From Planctomycetota bacterium (GTDB lineage Bacteria; Planctomycetota; UBA8108; SXIK01): DNA of 64,000 nucleotides. Below are positions 47,071 through 57,365 of this stretch, in pieces. The first letter of the stretch is position 1. Every line of letters begins with the position of its first letter. The stretch is taken from contig CBDCXR010000004.1 in the NCBI GenBank assembly GCA_965223845.1, positions 224,001 to 288,000 on the forward strand, written 5' to 3'. Under the pieces are notes generated by a model that did no database searches, was not told the origin of the DNA, and worked only from the letters and a program-made list of their open reading frames with translations. A program made the position numbers and the translations under genes.

Positions 47071-48897
47071 GTGTTCGACAGCGAAAAAGAGCAAGTTCGA
47101 GATCGCGTCCCGATCGAGGACGTCATCCGCGAATACAACGTCCAGCTCATCCGAGCCGGGCGTGGATTCAAGGCGCTCTGCCCGTTCCACTCCGAGAAAA
47201 CGCCGTCGTTTCACGTCAATACCGAAGGGCAGTACTTCCGCTGTTTCGGATGTCAGGAGCGCGGCGACGTGTTCTCGTTCGTGCAAAAAATGGAACGAGT
47301 CGATTTTCCGCAGGCCCTCGAGCTTCTCGCTCGACGAGCGGGAGTCGAGTTGTCGCGCCGGTCGAATCGCACCGCGGGCGACCGCGAAAACGTCGTTCGT
47401 ATGTACGATGCGCTCGAGCTCGCGCGCGACTTCTACCACCGCTACCTCCTCGAAGCGCCCGCCGCGCATCCAGCGCGCGAGTACCTCGAGCGGAGGGGGA
47501 TCGGACGCGACGCGTGGAAGGACTTCCACCTCGGCTTTTCACCGACCGATGGTCGCGCGCTCCTTCAGTCGCTCTCGCACCGCGGGATCGATCTCCGCGT
47601 GCTCGTCGGCGCCGGTCTCGCGCGGGAAGCGCGCGGGGGGCACCGCGATGCGTTCCACGGCCGCATCATGTTCCCGATCTCGAACACGCAGAAGCGTCCG
47701 GTCGGTTTCGGCGCCCGCACGCTCGGCGGGGACGAGCCGAAGTATCTCAATACGGCAAAGACGGAGCTCTTCGATAAGTCGCGACTTCTCTACGGACTGG
47801 CGGAAGGACGCCAGGCGATCCACCAGTCGCGCGAGCTCGTCCTCGTCGAGGGCTACACCGACGTGATCACGGCGCACCAGGCCGGACTCCGGAACGTCGT
47901 CGCGAGCCTCGGCACCGCTTTTACCGAGGAGAACGCCCGGCAACTCGCACGCCTCGGCGACCGCGCCTGGCTCGTCTTCGACGGCGACCGCGCGGGGCAG
48001 AGCGCGCTCGAGCGGTCGCTCGATCTCCTCGTCGCCGAGGACATCGACGTTCAGGTCTGCTCGATGCCGGACGGACGCGATCCGTGCGACGTGATCCAGG
48101 ACGGCGGAGCCGACGCGTTTCGCGCGAACCTCAACGATCGTTCCGCGAGCTTGTTCGAGTTCAAGTGGCGGCGGACTCTCGAGCTCGCGCGCGAGACCGA
48201 AGGCGGAGCCAACGCCGAGGCGCGCGCGATCGACGAGTATTTGCGGCTCGTCGGGCGCGTCCCCAATCCCGTTACCAGAAGACTTCACATTCGAGAGTTC
48301 GCGGAGCGCGTCGGAGTCGACGAAACCACGCTCGGCGCGCGACTGCGAACGCTCACGAAACCGACGGCCCGGCCTCGACCGGGGAATCCTACTGACGAAT
48401 CGAACGCATCTGCGCGTTCGAGCTTCACCGCTTCCGCGGGGGAAAGAGAGCTTGCGCTCGTCCTACTCGAATGCCTCTTGGCGCTGCCGCACAACGCGGC
48501 GGAGATTTGGACCATCGTGCCAAAAGAGGTGTTTCGACGAAGCGGCGCGAGCGAGCTGGTCGACGCGATCGATCGACGGCTCGCCGCGGGCGAGTTCTCC
48601 CCCGACGGACTGCTGCGGGAAGTCTCCAGCGAAGACGCGCAGAAGTTCCTCATTCTGGCCTTGAGTCGCGTTCAGTCCGAGGAAACGGACTCGACAGATC
48701 ACGAGGAACGCTGGAAGTGCGCACGGCGCGACATCGAACGGTACCGACTCACCGCGGAGATTCACGCGTTGGATCGCCAGATCGAAGTCGCGCGGCGGGA
48801 GGCGGATCGGGAGGGATATCAGTCCCTGCTGCGTGCGCGCCTGGAAGCTAAGAAACGACTGAAGCGCCTGAAAGGCGCTCCGCTGGCGGTGAAGTAA
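47071..48897 (+). CDS. dnaG: DNA primase
   Basis: CPFHSEKTPSF..CFGC zinc finger, GRIMFPI, KYLNT, VEGYTDV, SLGTA, FDGDRAG, DPCD; GTG start at 47071. Confidence 0.97.
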   Translation: MFDSEKEQVRDRVPIEDVIREYNVQLIRAGRGFKALCPFHSEKTPSFHVNTEGQYFRCFGCQERGDVFSFVQKMERVDFPQALELLARRAGVELSRRSNRTAGDRENVVRMYDALELARDFYHRYLLEAPAAHPAREYLERRGIGRDAWKDFHLGFSPTDGRALLQSLSHRGIDLRVLVGAGLAREARGGHRDAFHGRIMFPISNTQKRPVGFGARTLGGDEPKYLNTAKTELFDKSRLLYGLAEGRQAIHQSRELVLVEGYTDVITAHQAGLRNVVASLGTAFTEENARQLARLGDRAWLVFDGDRAGQSALERSLDLLVAEDIDVQVCSMPDGRDPCDVIQDGGADAFRANLNDRSASLFEFKWRRTLELARETEGGANAEARAIDEYLRLVGRVPNPVTRRLHIREFAERVGVDETTLGARLRTLTKPTARPRPGNPTDESNASARSSFTASAGERELALVLLECLLALPHNAAEIWTIVPKEVFRRSGASELVDAIDRRLAAGEFSPDGLLREVSSEDAQKFLILALSRVQSEETDSTDHEERWKCARRDIERYRLTAEIHALDRQIEVARREADREGYQSLLRARLEAKKRLKRLKGAPLAVK

Positions 48898-48952
48898 CAC
48901 GCCGAGGCGTGTGCCCGACCGCGAGCGGTATTGAGAGAGAGGTGTTTCCCTC

Positions 48953-50584
48953 ATGGACAAAATGGAAGAGCGATTGAAGATCCTCATCGAAGAGGGTCGG
49001 CGCGATGGCCACATCACGTACGACCGCTTCAACGAGATCTTCCCGGAGGACTGCAACTCTCCGGAGAAGATCGATGAGGTCTTTGCCGCGTTGGAGGCGC
49101 ACAGCATCGAGCTCCGAGATGATCCTCTGAGCTCCTCGGACGACAGCAGCTCGGACAGCGAGGGGATGCCCGAGAAGATCGACGATCCGGTGCGCATGTA
49201 TCTCACCCAGATGGGCGAGATCCCCCTCCTCACGCGCGCAGAGGAGCTTCTCCTCGCGAAGAAGATCGAGATCTCTCGGCAGCGCTATCAGAAGCAGCTC
49301 TTCGGGAGCGGACTTGCGCACGCGGTCGTCGTGAAAGTTCTCGAGGACGTGCTGAAGGGCGAGCTGGCGCTCGACAAGACGGTCAAGGTGACGCCGTCGG
49401 GCAACGAGGACTTCGGCAAGGAAGACGCGTTCAACCTGATCCGAAGCAACCTCTCGACTCTCCGCATGATCCACGAGAGCAATAAGGTTCGTTTCGGCGA
49501 GAGCATGAACGGCTCCGGTGGGGTCGACGGCGAGGCCGAGTGGCTCGAGCCCGTCCGGTCGCGCAACAACAAGGGAAGCGTGCTCATCAGCGAGCTCAAC
49601 CTGAAGAAGCCGGTCGTGAACCAGCTGCGTCAGGAGTTGAGCGCGCTGTGCGCGAAGATGCGCGGGATCGGGAGCGAAGTCGACAAGATCGAGCTCGCTC
49701 GGAAGCGCGGCCGACGCCGGCTGCGAAAGGCCGAGAAGGAGCGGATCGCCGAACTGCATTCGCGCCAAGGTCAGTACGAGCACCAGGCTCTCGAGCCGAC
49801 CGCCGAGCTCTTCGAGCGGATCGCGACGATTCGCAAGTGGTACAACGAGTACGAAGACGCAAAGCGGAAGCTCTCGGGCGGAAACCTGCGTCTCGTCGTC
49901 AGCATCGCGAAGCGCTACCGGAATCGCGGCCTCACGTTCCTCGATCTCATCCAGGAGGGGAACACCGGCCTCATGAAGGCAGTCGAGAAGTACGAGTACC
50001 GCCGCGGGTACAAGTTCTCGACCTACGCGACGTGGTGGATCCGGCAGGCGATCACTCGATCGATCGCGGACCAGGCCCGAACCATTCGGATCCCGGTCCA
50101 CATGATCGAGACGATGAGCAAGGTGCGGAACGCGACGAAGAAGCTCATTCAGAAGAACGGACGCGAGCCGACGATCAAAGAGATCTCGCAGGAGCTCCAG
50201 ATCTCCGAGGAGGAGACGCGGAAGGTCATCAAGATCTCCAAGCACCCGATCTCGCTCGACCGCCCCATCGGCGATTCGGACGACGGGTTCTTCGGCGATT
50301 TCATCGAGGATCGCACCGCGCAGAGCCCGGTCAATGCGGCCGCTCACGAGATGCTGAAGGAGAAGCTCGACGACGTCCTCGGCACGTTGACCTACCGCGA
50401 GCGCGAGATCATCAAGCTCCGTTATGGCCTCGGCGACGGGTACACCTACACCCTCGAGGAGGTCGGGAAGATCTTCCGCGTGACGCGTGAGCGAGTGCGG
50501 CAGATCGAGGCGAAGGCTGTTCGCAAGCTCCAGCACCCGATCCGGAGCCGACTTCTCGAGGGGTTCCTCGAGTCGATCGGCTGA
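48953..50584 (+). CDS. rpoD: Primary RNA polymerase sigma70 factor
   Basis: Region 1.1; [12 protein letters not shown]; [10 protein letters not shown]; [16 protein letters not shown]; [14 protein letters not shown]; [20 protein letters not shown]. Confidence 0.98.
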   Translation: MDKMEERLKILIEEGRRDGHITYDRFNEIFPEDCNSPEKIDEVFAALEAHSIELRDDPLSSSDDSSSDSEGMPEKIDDPVRMYLTQMGEIPLLTRAEELLLAKKIEISRQRYQKQLFGSGLAHAVVVKVLEDVLKGELALDKTVKVTPSGNEDFGKEDAFNLIRSNLSTLRMIHESNKVRFGESMNGSGGVDGEAEWLEPVRSRNNKGSVLISELNLKKPVVNQLRQELSALCAKMRGIGSEVDKIELARKRGRRRLRKAEKERIAELHSRQGQYEHQALEPTAELFERIATIRKWYNEYEDAKRKLSGGNLRLVVSIAKRYRNRGLTFLDLIQEGNTGLMKAVEKYEYRRGYKFSTYATWWIRQAITRSIADQARTIRIPVHMIETMSKVRNATKKLIQKNGREPTIKEISQELQISEEETRKVIKISKHPISLDRPIGDSDDGFFGDFIEDRTAQSPVNAAAHEMLKEKLDDVLGTLTYREREIIKLRYGLGDGYTYTLEEVGKIFRVTRERVRQIEAKAVRKLQHPIRSRLLEGFLESIG

Positions 50585-50632
50585 TCGGAGCGCGGCCCGG
50601 CCCGGGCCGCCGGATCGAACGAATTCGAGAAG

Positions 50633-50668
50633 GAAGCCGGTAACGCTTGTCACCGGCTTCTTTTTTTT
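50633..50668 (+). terminator. Rho-independent terminator after rpoD
   Basis: GAAGCCGGT..ACCGGCTTC stem followed by T8. Confidence 0.9.
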
Positions 50669-50760
50669 GCAAAAAGGGAGCTCAATTCGCTGCGGTCGGT
50701 AGCTCGGACGCCGGAGATGCGCCTGCCGGTCTCCCCCGCGGCGACAGGAGGAGCCCCGAC

Positions 50761-51465
50761 ATGCACGCGTCGATCGAGAAACTTCTGCGGGTTCAGGACG
50801 TCGATTCGCAGATCCTGTTCATGCGCGAAGCGATGCGCGTTCGGCCGCAAGAGCTGAACGACGACCGTGTGAAGGTCGACCAGGCGAAGTCGGCCGTCGC
50901 GGCGCTCCAGTCGCGGATCAAATCCGCACGGATGGCCGCGGACGCCCGCGAGCTCGACATCCGCAAGTTCGACGACGAGATCACGAAGCTCACGGTCGCG
51001 CTCAACCAGGCCAAATCGAACGACGAGTACTCGGTGATCCGCGACGGCATCGAGCGCCAAAAGGAGATGCGCGGGGGAGCCGAGGAAGACGTTCTCCTCC
51101 AGCTGCAAGAAATCGATCGACTCGAGGAGGATCGGAAGGTTCTCGAGTCGAACCTCGAAGAGCTCGCGAAAACTCTCGAGCGAAAGGAGCGCGAGCTCGA
51201 AGAGCTCCTCGGTGGCTTGCGGGCGCAGCTCGACGAGCTGGAGACGCAGCGCAGCGGACTCGTCGACGGCGTGGACTCCGAGCATCTCGGTCTTTACGAC
51301 CGGGTCCTCGACCGCCACCAGAACTTTGCGATCGCGCGAGTCGAAGGGCAGATCTGTAAGGGCTGCAATATGCGCCTCACGCCTCAAGAGGTGAATCTCC
51401 TCCTTCAGGACACCTTCGTTCAGTGTCGCAATTGCTCGCGCCTCCTCTGTCTCGCGACCGATTGA
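50761..51465 (+). CDS. Coiled-coil protein with C-terminal C4 zinc ribbon (DUF164/CT398-like)
   Basis: AGGAG RBS; LLRVQDVDSQI, long coiled coil, CKGC..CRNCSRLL. Confidence 0.9.
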   Translation: MHASIEKLLRVQDVDSQILFMREAMRVRPQELNDDRVKVDQAKSAVAALQSRIKSARMAADARELDIRKFDDEITKLTVALNQAKSNDEYSVIRDGIERQKEMRGGAEEDVLLQLQEIDRLEEDRKVLESNLEELAKTLERKERELEELLGGLRAQLDELETQRSGLVDGVDSEHLGLYDRVLDRHQNFAIARVEGQICKGCNMRLTPQEVNLLLQDTFVQCRNCSRLLCLATD

Positions 51466-51562
51466 CGGCGCTCGGTCGGCCCCGAATCCGATCACGGGCG
51501 ACGGTCCGACGAAGTCCGTTCCGGGGTCGCGCTGCGTGCGCGTAGCCGTTACGATGCGGCCG

Positions 51563-51971
51563 GTCCCCTCAGTAGAGGACACGGTCGTGGCCCATCAGCG
51601 GCAGCCCGTTCGATTCGCTCGGTCGCGCCAGGCTCAGCGATCCGGGCGGGCTGCCGGGGCCGAGGAAAGTCCGGACTCCTCAGGGCGGCGCGGTGGAAAA
51701 CAACCACCGGGAGCAATCCCAGGGAAAGTGCCACAGAAAAGATACCGCCGGTGGGCTTCGCGCTCGCCGGTAAGGGTGAAATGGTGAGGTAAGAGCTCAC
51801 CGCGAGGGTGGCGACATCCTCGGCAGGGTAAACCCCGCGCGGAGCAAGACTGAATAGGGAAGAAGAGACGGCCCGTCTCCGTGACTTCCGGGTAGGTCGC
51901 AAAGATGAAGGACCGTGCACCGAGCGTCTCGCGAGGTGAACAAGATCCGGCTTACGATCTGCTGGGGGGAC
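51563..51971 (+). ncRNA. rnpB: RNase P RNA (bacterial type A)
   Basis: GAGGAAAGTCCGGACTC, GAAAGTGCCACAGAAA, GGTAAACCCC..GGAGCAAG, AACAAGATCCGGCTTAC; 14-bp P1 GTCCCCTCAGTAGA/TCTGCTGGGGGGAC; -10 TACGAT at 51550. Confidence 0.97.
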
Positions 51972-52070
51972 TTTTCTAGCTTAGCCCGGATTCATCGCTT
52001 CGAGGCGTAGCGGCGGTCGAGGTTCCGACCTGTGAACGTGAGCGCTCAGCGACGAGGTCCGCGTTGGGGC

Positions 52071-52937
52071 TCACCGGAGACGGAACTCGACCGGAAGCGT
52101 TACCGTACTCGCGGTCATCGTTTCGCCGACCCGACCCGGACGGAATCTCGCCGCCCGCACCGCGTCGAGGGCGGACTGATCGAGGCGGCGACAGCCCGCC
52201 GACGATACGATCCGCACGGCGCGCACCCGACCCGCCGCGTCGACCTCGCAGCGCAGTAGAGCGGTGCCGGCGTGCCCGCGGCGTCGGCACGATCGCGGAT
52301 AGCGCGGACTCAGCTCGCTCGCGAGTCGCGCGCTCGTCTTCGCGCTCGGTCGAGTCGGCGCGAGAGGCGGGGCGTCGCTCGGAGCGGAGACGACGGTCTC
52401 GGCGAGCTCGGGCGGTTCCGTTCGCGCGAGCGCCGCGGACGCGGCCCGATCGCGTGTCACCAAGCTTGCCGCTTCGTCGTTCTCGGTGGTTCGCCGCGAT
52501 ACGTCTCGCTCCGGCGCCACGGGCGGTCGCGGCGGCGGCTCGGCCGCCTGAACGGGAGCGTGAATCTTCCGCGGCGCTTCCAAGGGGCCCAAGTCCCGGA
52601 TGATGTCCTCGAGAAGGACGAACGAAGGAGGGTTCACGGGCTCGGCGAGACGCGGAGCGACGATCGCGGGCGTAGTCTCCGCCGGATCCGCGATTCGGGG
52701 GGGATCGGGCTCGCGGGGTGCTTCCTCGTTCGTCTCGACTCCCGACCCGTCCGCCGCTCGACCTTTCGACCGTACGACTACACGAACGGCAAGCTCTCCC
52801 GCTTCCCCGGCGCGAAACGCCGGGACGCTCGGCGAAGGCTCCGAGGCGCGCACGACCCAGAGCGACGCGAGAAGCGCGACGTGGAACACGGTCGATGCCG
52901 CGGTGCTGACGAGAAAGAGTCTCGGACTCGTCTTCAA
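52071..52937 (-). CDS. TonB-family energy transducer
   Basis: N-terminal TM with S..xH motif (STVFHVALL), Pro-rich linker, PRYP..GTALLRCEVDAAGRV..SSAGCRRLDQSAL..ARFRPG..LPVEFRL. Confidence 0.88.
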   Translation of the reverse strand: MKTSPRLFLVSTAASTVFHVALLASLWVVRASEPSPSVPAFRAGEAGELAVRVVVRSKGRAADGSGVETNEEAPREPDPPRIADPAETTPAIVAPRLAEPVNPPSFVLLEDIIRDLGPLEAPRKIHAPVQAAEPPPRPPVAPERDVSRRTTENDEAASLVTRDRAASAALARTEPPELAETVVSAPSDAPPLAPTRPSAKTSARLASELSPRYPRSCRRRGHAGTALLRCEVDAAGRVRAVRIVSSAGCRRLDQSALDAVRAARFRPGRVGETMTASTVTLPVEFRLR

Positions 52938-53164
52938 GTGAGCGTCCTTGTGTGTGGTCGACAGGTTGGTGCCGTTAGGTCACTCGAACCCGGTCCCGAT
53001 CTACCGTACTAGCGACGGCGCGGAAATCGCACTCGCAAGCTCTGTTCCTCACACCTCGAGCAATTCCGCCTCACCCTCTCTACTTCGTCTTCCTTCGAGC
53101 CCGTCGCGCCCTTCGTGTGAAACTCTTTCGCGAGAAGATGCGAGACGAGTTCCTTGACGCCGAG

Positions 53165-55489
53165 TTACAGAGTCAAATCCACACCGAGAACGACGTTCGT
53201 GCCCGGTTCGTTTTGCCCCGATCCGTGAATGCGGTAGTCGACGTCGGTGATGTTTTCGATCGCGCAGAAGACCGTGATGCCCTCGCGGACCTCCGCTCCC
53301 CCGCGGAGAGAATAGACGGTATAGCCGGGCGTTCCGCGCGGCGGAATCCGCTGTGTATCCGCCTTGTCGCGCGCGGAGAGCCGATCCTGATCGTCTGCCA
53401 TCGTGGCCGACGCTTCGACCCAGTATTTCTTTTCGGGCGAGTCCCACCGAACGCCGAGGATCGCGGTCGCCGGCTGCAAGCGAGAGAGTGGTTCGTCCTT
53501 CTTGGTGCCGCCGACGAAGTTCTCCGCTTCTCCCTCGATCCACGCGAAGTTGCCGAAGGCGGTGAAGCCTTCGTAGAAGTTCCAGGCCAGGCCCAGCTCG
53601 ACACCGTGGACGAACCCGTCGCCTACGTTGTCCTTCGTGACTTCGGGATCGCCGTCGATCGTGTTGCCGGTAGGGAACCGTACGATCATACCGTCGATGA
53701 TCGTGTAGTGATACGAGGCGTAGGCGTGGAGTCCGAGATCCTCGAAGAGGACCTTCGAGCCCACCTCAAATGACACGAACTCTTCTTCGTCGAGGTCGGG
53801 AGCCGGCGTTTCGACCTCGCCGCTGCGGGAGACATCGAAACGCGTGAGATCGGAGAGATTGGGGGCGCGGAACCCCTGCGAGACTCCTCCGAACAGATTC
53901 CACTCCTCCACTACTTCGTAGAGCACTCGCGCGCTCCCGACGACGCCGAAGAAGTCTTCGCTGAGGGATCCGAAGTTCGGAGCGGTCAACGGGTCTGGAT
54001 CGACATCGTCCGCCTCCGCGTGAGCGTACGTGACCCGCCCGCCGAGGATCACTTCGAGACGGTCGACGGGCTGGAAACGGTCTTGGAGGTAAAACCCCAG
54101 AAGATCGTACGACGCATCGTCGGCGACCGGGCCGCGCGGTCGCACCGTCCGGAGCGAGCCATCGTCGTTGTATTCGCGAAAGTGGGATTCGACTTCGTCG
54201 TGGTAGTACTCGATCCCGTAGGAGAGGGTGCCGATCGGAGAGGGGCTCTCGAGCCGGAGCCACGTGCCGAACTGACCGTCGTCGACGCCCTGCCGCCGTT
54301 CGCGCAGGTTGCTGCGAATTCGCTGCTCCTCCTCTTCGTGGAGATGGTAGGAGACGCTGAAGCTGAGCTGAGACAGCCACGAGTCTTGCTCGGGGGTCCA
54401 GTGGATCTGGCCGTATCCGAGCTGTCGGCGCTGATCCAAATCCCGTTTGAGATCCGTGCCGACGGTGGTCCCGCGAAAGCTCTTCGAGAACACGGTCGAG
54501 TGCGTCCGGGGAACGTTCTCTTGGTGGACCGACTGGAACGCGAGCACGAGGTCGAGCTCCGGACTCAAGCGAAAGATCCCTTTGACGTCGCCGTCGAGTT
54601 CGTCGTACTCCGTGTTCGGCAGCTCGCCCGTATCGCGGCCGCCGGAGAGCTCACCGAAGTCCTTGTAGGAAAGACCGCCGAGCACGCCGGCGCGCGGCGC
54701 AAACTCGCCCGACAGCTCGGCGCGGGCGACGTGCGAGTCTTCCGCGCTCGCAAACCGGTAGTAGGTCCGCGCACTCCAATCGAATCGATTCGAACCGTGA
54801 TCGGAAAGGAGCCGAGGAGAGCGGCCGCGGGTGAGGAGATTGACGGTTCCGCCGACCGCGTCACTCCCGTAGAGGACGGAGCTCGGTCCCTTGACGACCT
54901 CGACGCGCTCGATCGAGAGCGGGTCGACCGTGTTCCAGTACTGATTGGGTCCCTCGCGGAACACCGCGTTGTTGAGCCGGATGCCATCGATGAGAAGGAG
55001 CGTTCGGAAACCGGTGAATCCGCGTATGAACGGGGATCCCTGGCCGTAGCCGGTCTTCTGCACCATGACCCCGGGCACCTCTCGCAGCGCTTCGGGAAGA
55101 GTGCGGAACGCCTTCCTGGTCGTCAGGGAGTCGGCCGAGAGCGATTCCGTCACGTACGGAACGTAGAACTGTTCTTCCTCGATGCGCGTCGCGGTGACGA
55201 CGATGGCGTCGAGGAAGCCGTCGGGCACGGCGTCCGGGACCGGTTCGGAGGTCGACTCGGCGCTCTCGCCGCCCCCGCCGGCCGAGTCTATTCGTTCGCC
55301 CGGCGTTTGCGCCTCGAGCGGGGAGGACTCCACGTCTCCGGCGACGGCGGTTGAGGCCAACATCAGCCAGGCGGCGCTGAGCGCGCTCACCCGACGACGA
55401 ACGATTCCCGACGGTCTACGCGGCATCCCGATCTCTCCTACGGAAGTTCGCCCCGTAGGAAAACGGGCGATGGACCGTGCGCGGTTCAT
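53165..55489 (-). CDS. TonB-dependent outer-membrane receptor
   Basis: DAIVVTATR TonB box, LREVPGV, IRGF, IERVEVVKGPSSVLYGSDAVGGTVN plug, GFRAPNL, ENITD, C-terminal beta-strand; start 55489 or 55426. Confidence 0.95.
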   Translation of the reverse strand: MNRARSIARFPTGRTSVGEIGMPRRPSGIVRRRVSALSAAWLMLASTAVAGDVESSPLEAQTPGERIDSAGGGGESAESTSEPVPDAVPDGFLDAIVVTATRIEEEQFYVPYVTESLSADSLTTRKAFRTLPEALREVPGVMVQKTGYGQGSPFIRGFTGFRTLLLIDGIRLNNAVFREGPNQYWNTVDPLSIERVEVVKGPSSVLYGSDAVGGTVNLLTRGRSPRLLSDHGSNRFDWSARTYYRFASAEDSHVARAELSGEFAPRAGVLGGLSYKDFGELSGGRDTGELPNTEYDELDGDVKGIFRLSPELDLVLAFQSVHQENVPRTHSTVFSKSFRGTTVGTDLKRDLDQRRQLGYGQIHWTPEQDSWLSQLSFSVSYHLHEEEEQRIRSNLRERRQGVDDGQFGTWLRLESPSPIGTLSYGIEYYHDEVESHFREYNDDGSLRTVRPRGPVADDASYDLLGFYLQDRFQPVDRLEVILGGRVTYAHAEADDVDPDPLTAPNFGSLSEDFFGVVGSARVLYEVVEEWNLFGGVSQGFRAPNLSDLTRFDVSRSGEVETPAPDLDEEEFVSFEVGSKVLFEDLGLHAYASYHYTIIDGMIVRFPTGNTIDGDPEVTKDNVGDGFVHGVELGLAWNFYEGFTAFGNFAWIEGEAENFVGGTKKDEPLSRLQPATAILGVRWDSPEKKYWVEASATMADDQDRLSARDKADTQRIPPRGTPGYTVYSLRGGAEVREGITVFCAIENITDVDYRIHGSGQNEPGTNVVLGVDLTL

Positions 55490-55686
55490 TTGGATTCAAA
55501 GAATTCCGGGAGAGACCCCACGATCGACCCCGCATCTCTCACGCGAGAATCGATGACGACACCGGTGAGGATGCGGCGCTTCGCCGCGTCGCTCACCGAG
55601 TCTCCCGAGAGCTTCCGATCGAGCGAGGTGTCAGGTCGCCGCAGTCGCTGGGCCGAGAGCCCCTCGACCCAGCGCAGCGCGACGCG

Positions 55687-55953
55687 TCAGACGAGCGGCC
55701 GGACGAAGACCCACTCGACGATGAACACCACCAGGCAGAGGATTCCGATGCCGACCACGATCTGGATGAAGAAGTGGCGGGTCTCCTGCCAGATATGGCG
55801 CGGCTCGTCGATGCGAATCGCAGCGGTCGCGCTCGCGACGACGAGGCTGACGAGGAAGAAGTGGACGAGGTAGGTGCCGAGAGCGCCGACCGTGGAAACG
55901 ACGGGCTCCGCCTGGGCGGCGAGCGCGAAGTTCGCGAGCATCGTCGACATCAT
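55687..55953 (-). CDS. Small two-TM hypothetical protein
   Basis: ATGA overlap with the upstream gene, GGAGGGGG RBS; two hydrophobic helices. Confidence 0.75.
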   Translation of the reverse strand: MMSTMLANFALAAQAEPVVSTVGALGTYLVHFFLVSLVVASATAAIRIDEPRHIWQETRHFFIQIVVGIGILCLVVFIVEWVFVRPLV

Positions 55954-56426
55954 CCCCCCTCCTCCGGCGGCTTGTCGTCCCGGCTTCGACTCTCCTCCGC
56001 GCTCCGTGCCGCTGCGGCCCATGTCTTCGGGTCGAGCACGTGGAGAACCGCGAGCATGTTGAGGAGCCCGCTCACGGTGACGAAGAGAACTCCGAGATGA
56101 AAATGCGCGGGGAGCTTGCGGTAGGGAATCCGCGAATCCATGTCGGTGTGCGGCTCCCCCCAGAGGTTGTCGGCGAGGAGCGTGCTCAGCCCGTTGCCGA
56201 GCTGGCAAGAATAGAGAATCGGACTCACTTCGCGCGAGACCGCCATATTGCTCCCGAGCGCGCTCTCTCCGAACCAAAAGAGTCCGAGGAGACCGGCGCC
56301 GATGATCACGCCCCGGAGCCGGAACCCGAGCATCCAGTGCCCCGATCCCGGGAGCAACCAGCTACAGATCGCGGTGAGGAGGTAGTCGAGATGCGTGCGC
56401 TCGGATGCGGGAGGCGAGGTCGGCAT
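55950..56426 (-). CDS. Membrane protein, DUF6677-like
   Basis: SWLLPGSGH..RG..; GVLFVTVSGLLNMLAV motif typical of this planctomycete-associated family. Confidence 0.7.
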   Translation of the reverse strand: MPTSPPASERTHLDYLLTAICSWLLPGSGHWMLGFRLRGVIIGAGLLGLFWFGESALGSNMAVSREVSPILYSCQLGNGLSTLLADNLWGEPHTDMDSRIPYRKLPAHFHLGVLFVTVSGLLNMLAVLHVLDPKTWAAAARSAEESRSRDDKPPEEGG

Positions 56427-56468
56427 GTCAGTACGTGGGTGGTGCGGATGCGCGGCGAGGCGCCCGTT

Positions 56469-57245
56469 CTACATCGTGAACTTTTCGCCGAGGTAGTACT
56501 TCCGGGCATTTTCGTTCGACAGAATCTGCTCGCGGTCGCCGCAGGCGATGATGCGGCCGTCGAGAATGATGAACGACCGGTCGGTCGTGTTGAGCGTCTC
56601 GCGCACGTTGTGATCCGTGACGAGAATTCCGATTCCGCGATCGCGGAGACGGAAGATGATCTCTTGAATGTCGCTGACGGCGATCGGATCGACGCCGCTG
56701 AACGGCTCATCGAGGAGGATGAGCTTCGGATCCGTGATGAGCGCGCGTGCGATCTCGAGTCGGCGCTTTTCTCCGCCGGAGAGGACCGCGGCGCGCGAGT
56801 GGAGGAGCTTCCCGAGACCGAACTCCTCGACGAGCTCGTCGCGCTTCCTGATGCGCTCGGCGTACCCGAGCGATGTCGTCTCGAGGATCGCATTCAGGTT
56901 CTGCGCGACGGTGAGCCCGCGAAACACGCTCGGTTCCTGCGACAGATAGCCCATTCCGAGGCGCGCCCGCTTGTACATCGGGAGCTTGGTGACGGGCTCG
57001 CCCTTGAATCGGATCGAGCCCTCGTCCGGCGCGATCAGGCCGATCGTCATCCGAAAGGTCGTCGTCTTCCCGGCTCCGTTTTTCCCGAGAAGGCCGATGA
57101 TCTCGCTGCTCCCGACGGTGAAGCTCACTTCGTCGACGACGCGGCGGCCGCGGTACTCTTTGACGAGTCCCTCGACCTCGAGCAGCGTCTCGCGGACGCG
57201 CGGGTCACGCGCGGCCGGCTCGCGGGGTGTCTTCAGCTTGACCAT
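56469..57245 (-). CDS. lptB: LPS export ABC transporter ATP-binding protein
   Basis: GLLGKNGAGKTTTF, LPMYKRARLGMGYLSQEPSVF, LSGGEKRRLEIARAL, LDEPFSGVDP, TDHNVRETL, YYLGEKF; GAGGAGG RBS before ATG 57245. Confidence 0.96.
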   Translation of the reverse strand: MVKLKTPREPAARDPRVRETLLEVEGLVKEYRGRRVVDEVSFTVGSSEIIGLLGKNGAGKTTTFRMTIGLIAPDEGSIRFKGEPVTKLPMYKRARLGMGYLSQEPSVFRGLTVAQNLNAILETTSLGYAERIRKRDELVEEFGLGKLLHSRAAVLSGGEKRRLEIARALITDPKLILLDEPFSGVDPIAVSDIQEIIFRLRDRGIGILVTDHNVRETLNTTDRSFIILDGRIIACGDREQILSNENARKYYLGEKFTM

Positions 57246-57365
57246 CGTCTCGGTGTCCTCCTCACTTCTCGGAACCGGTGCCCCCACTCGGCCGCCGATC
57301 TTACCGGTTTCCCGGGGATTTCTCACGTGCTTGAGTTCGCGCAGAGTCTTTCCGAGCGCGCGCAC

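Noticed and set aside
55490-55690. Cobalamin riboswitch upstream of the TonB-dependent receptor
   Set aside because: No B12-box or GGGAA..GGTG..AATCC core is recognisable on the minus strand.
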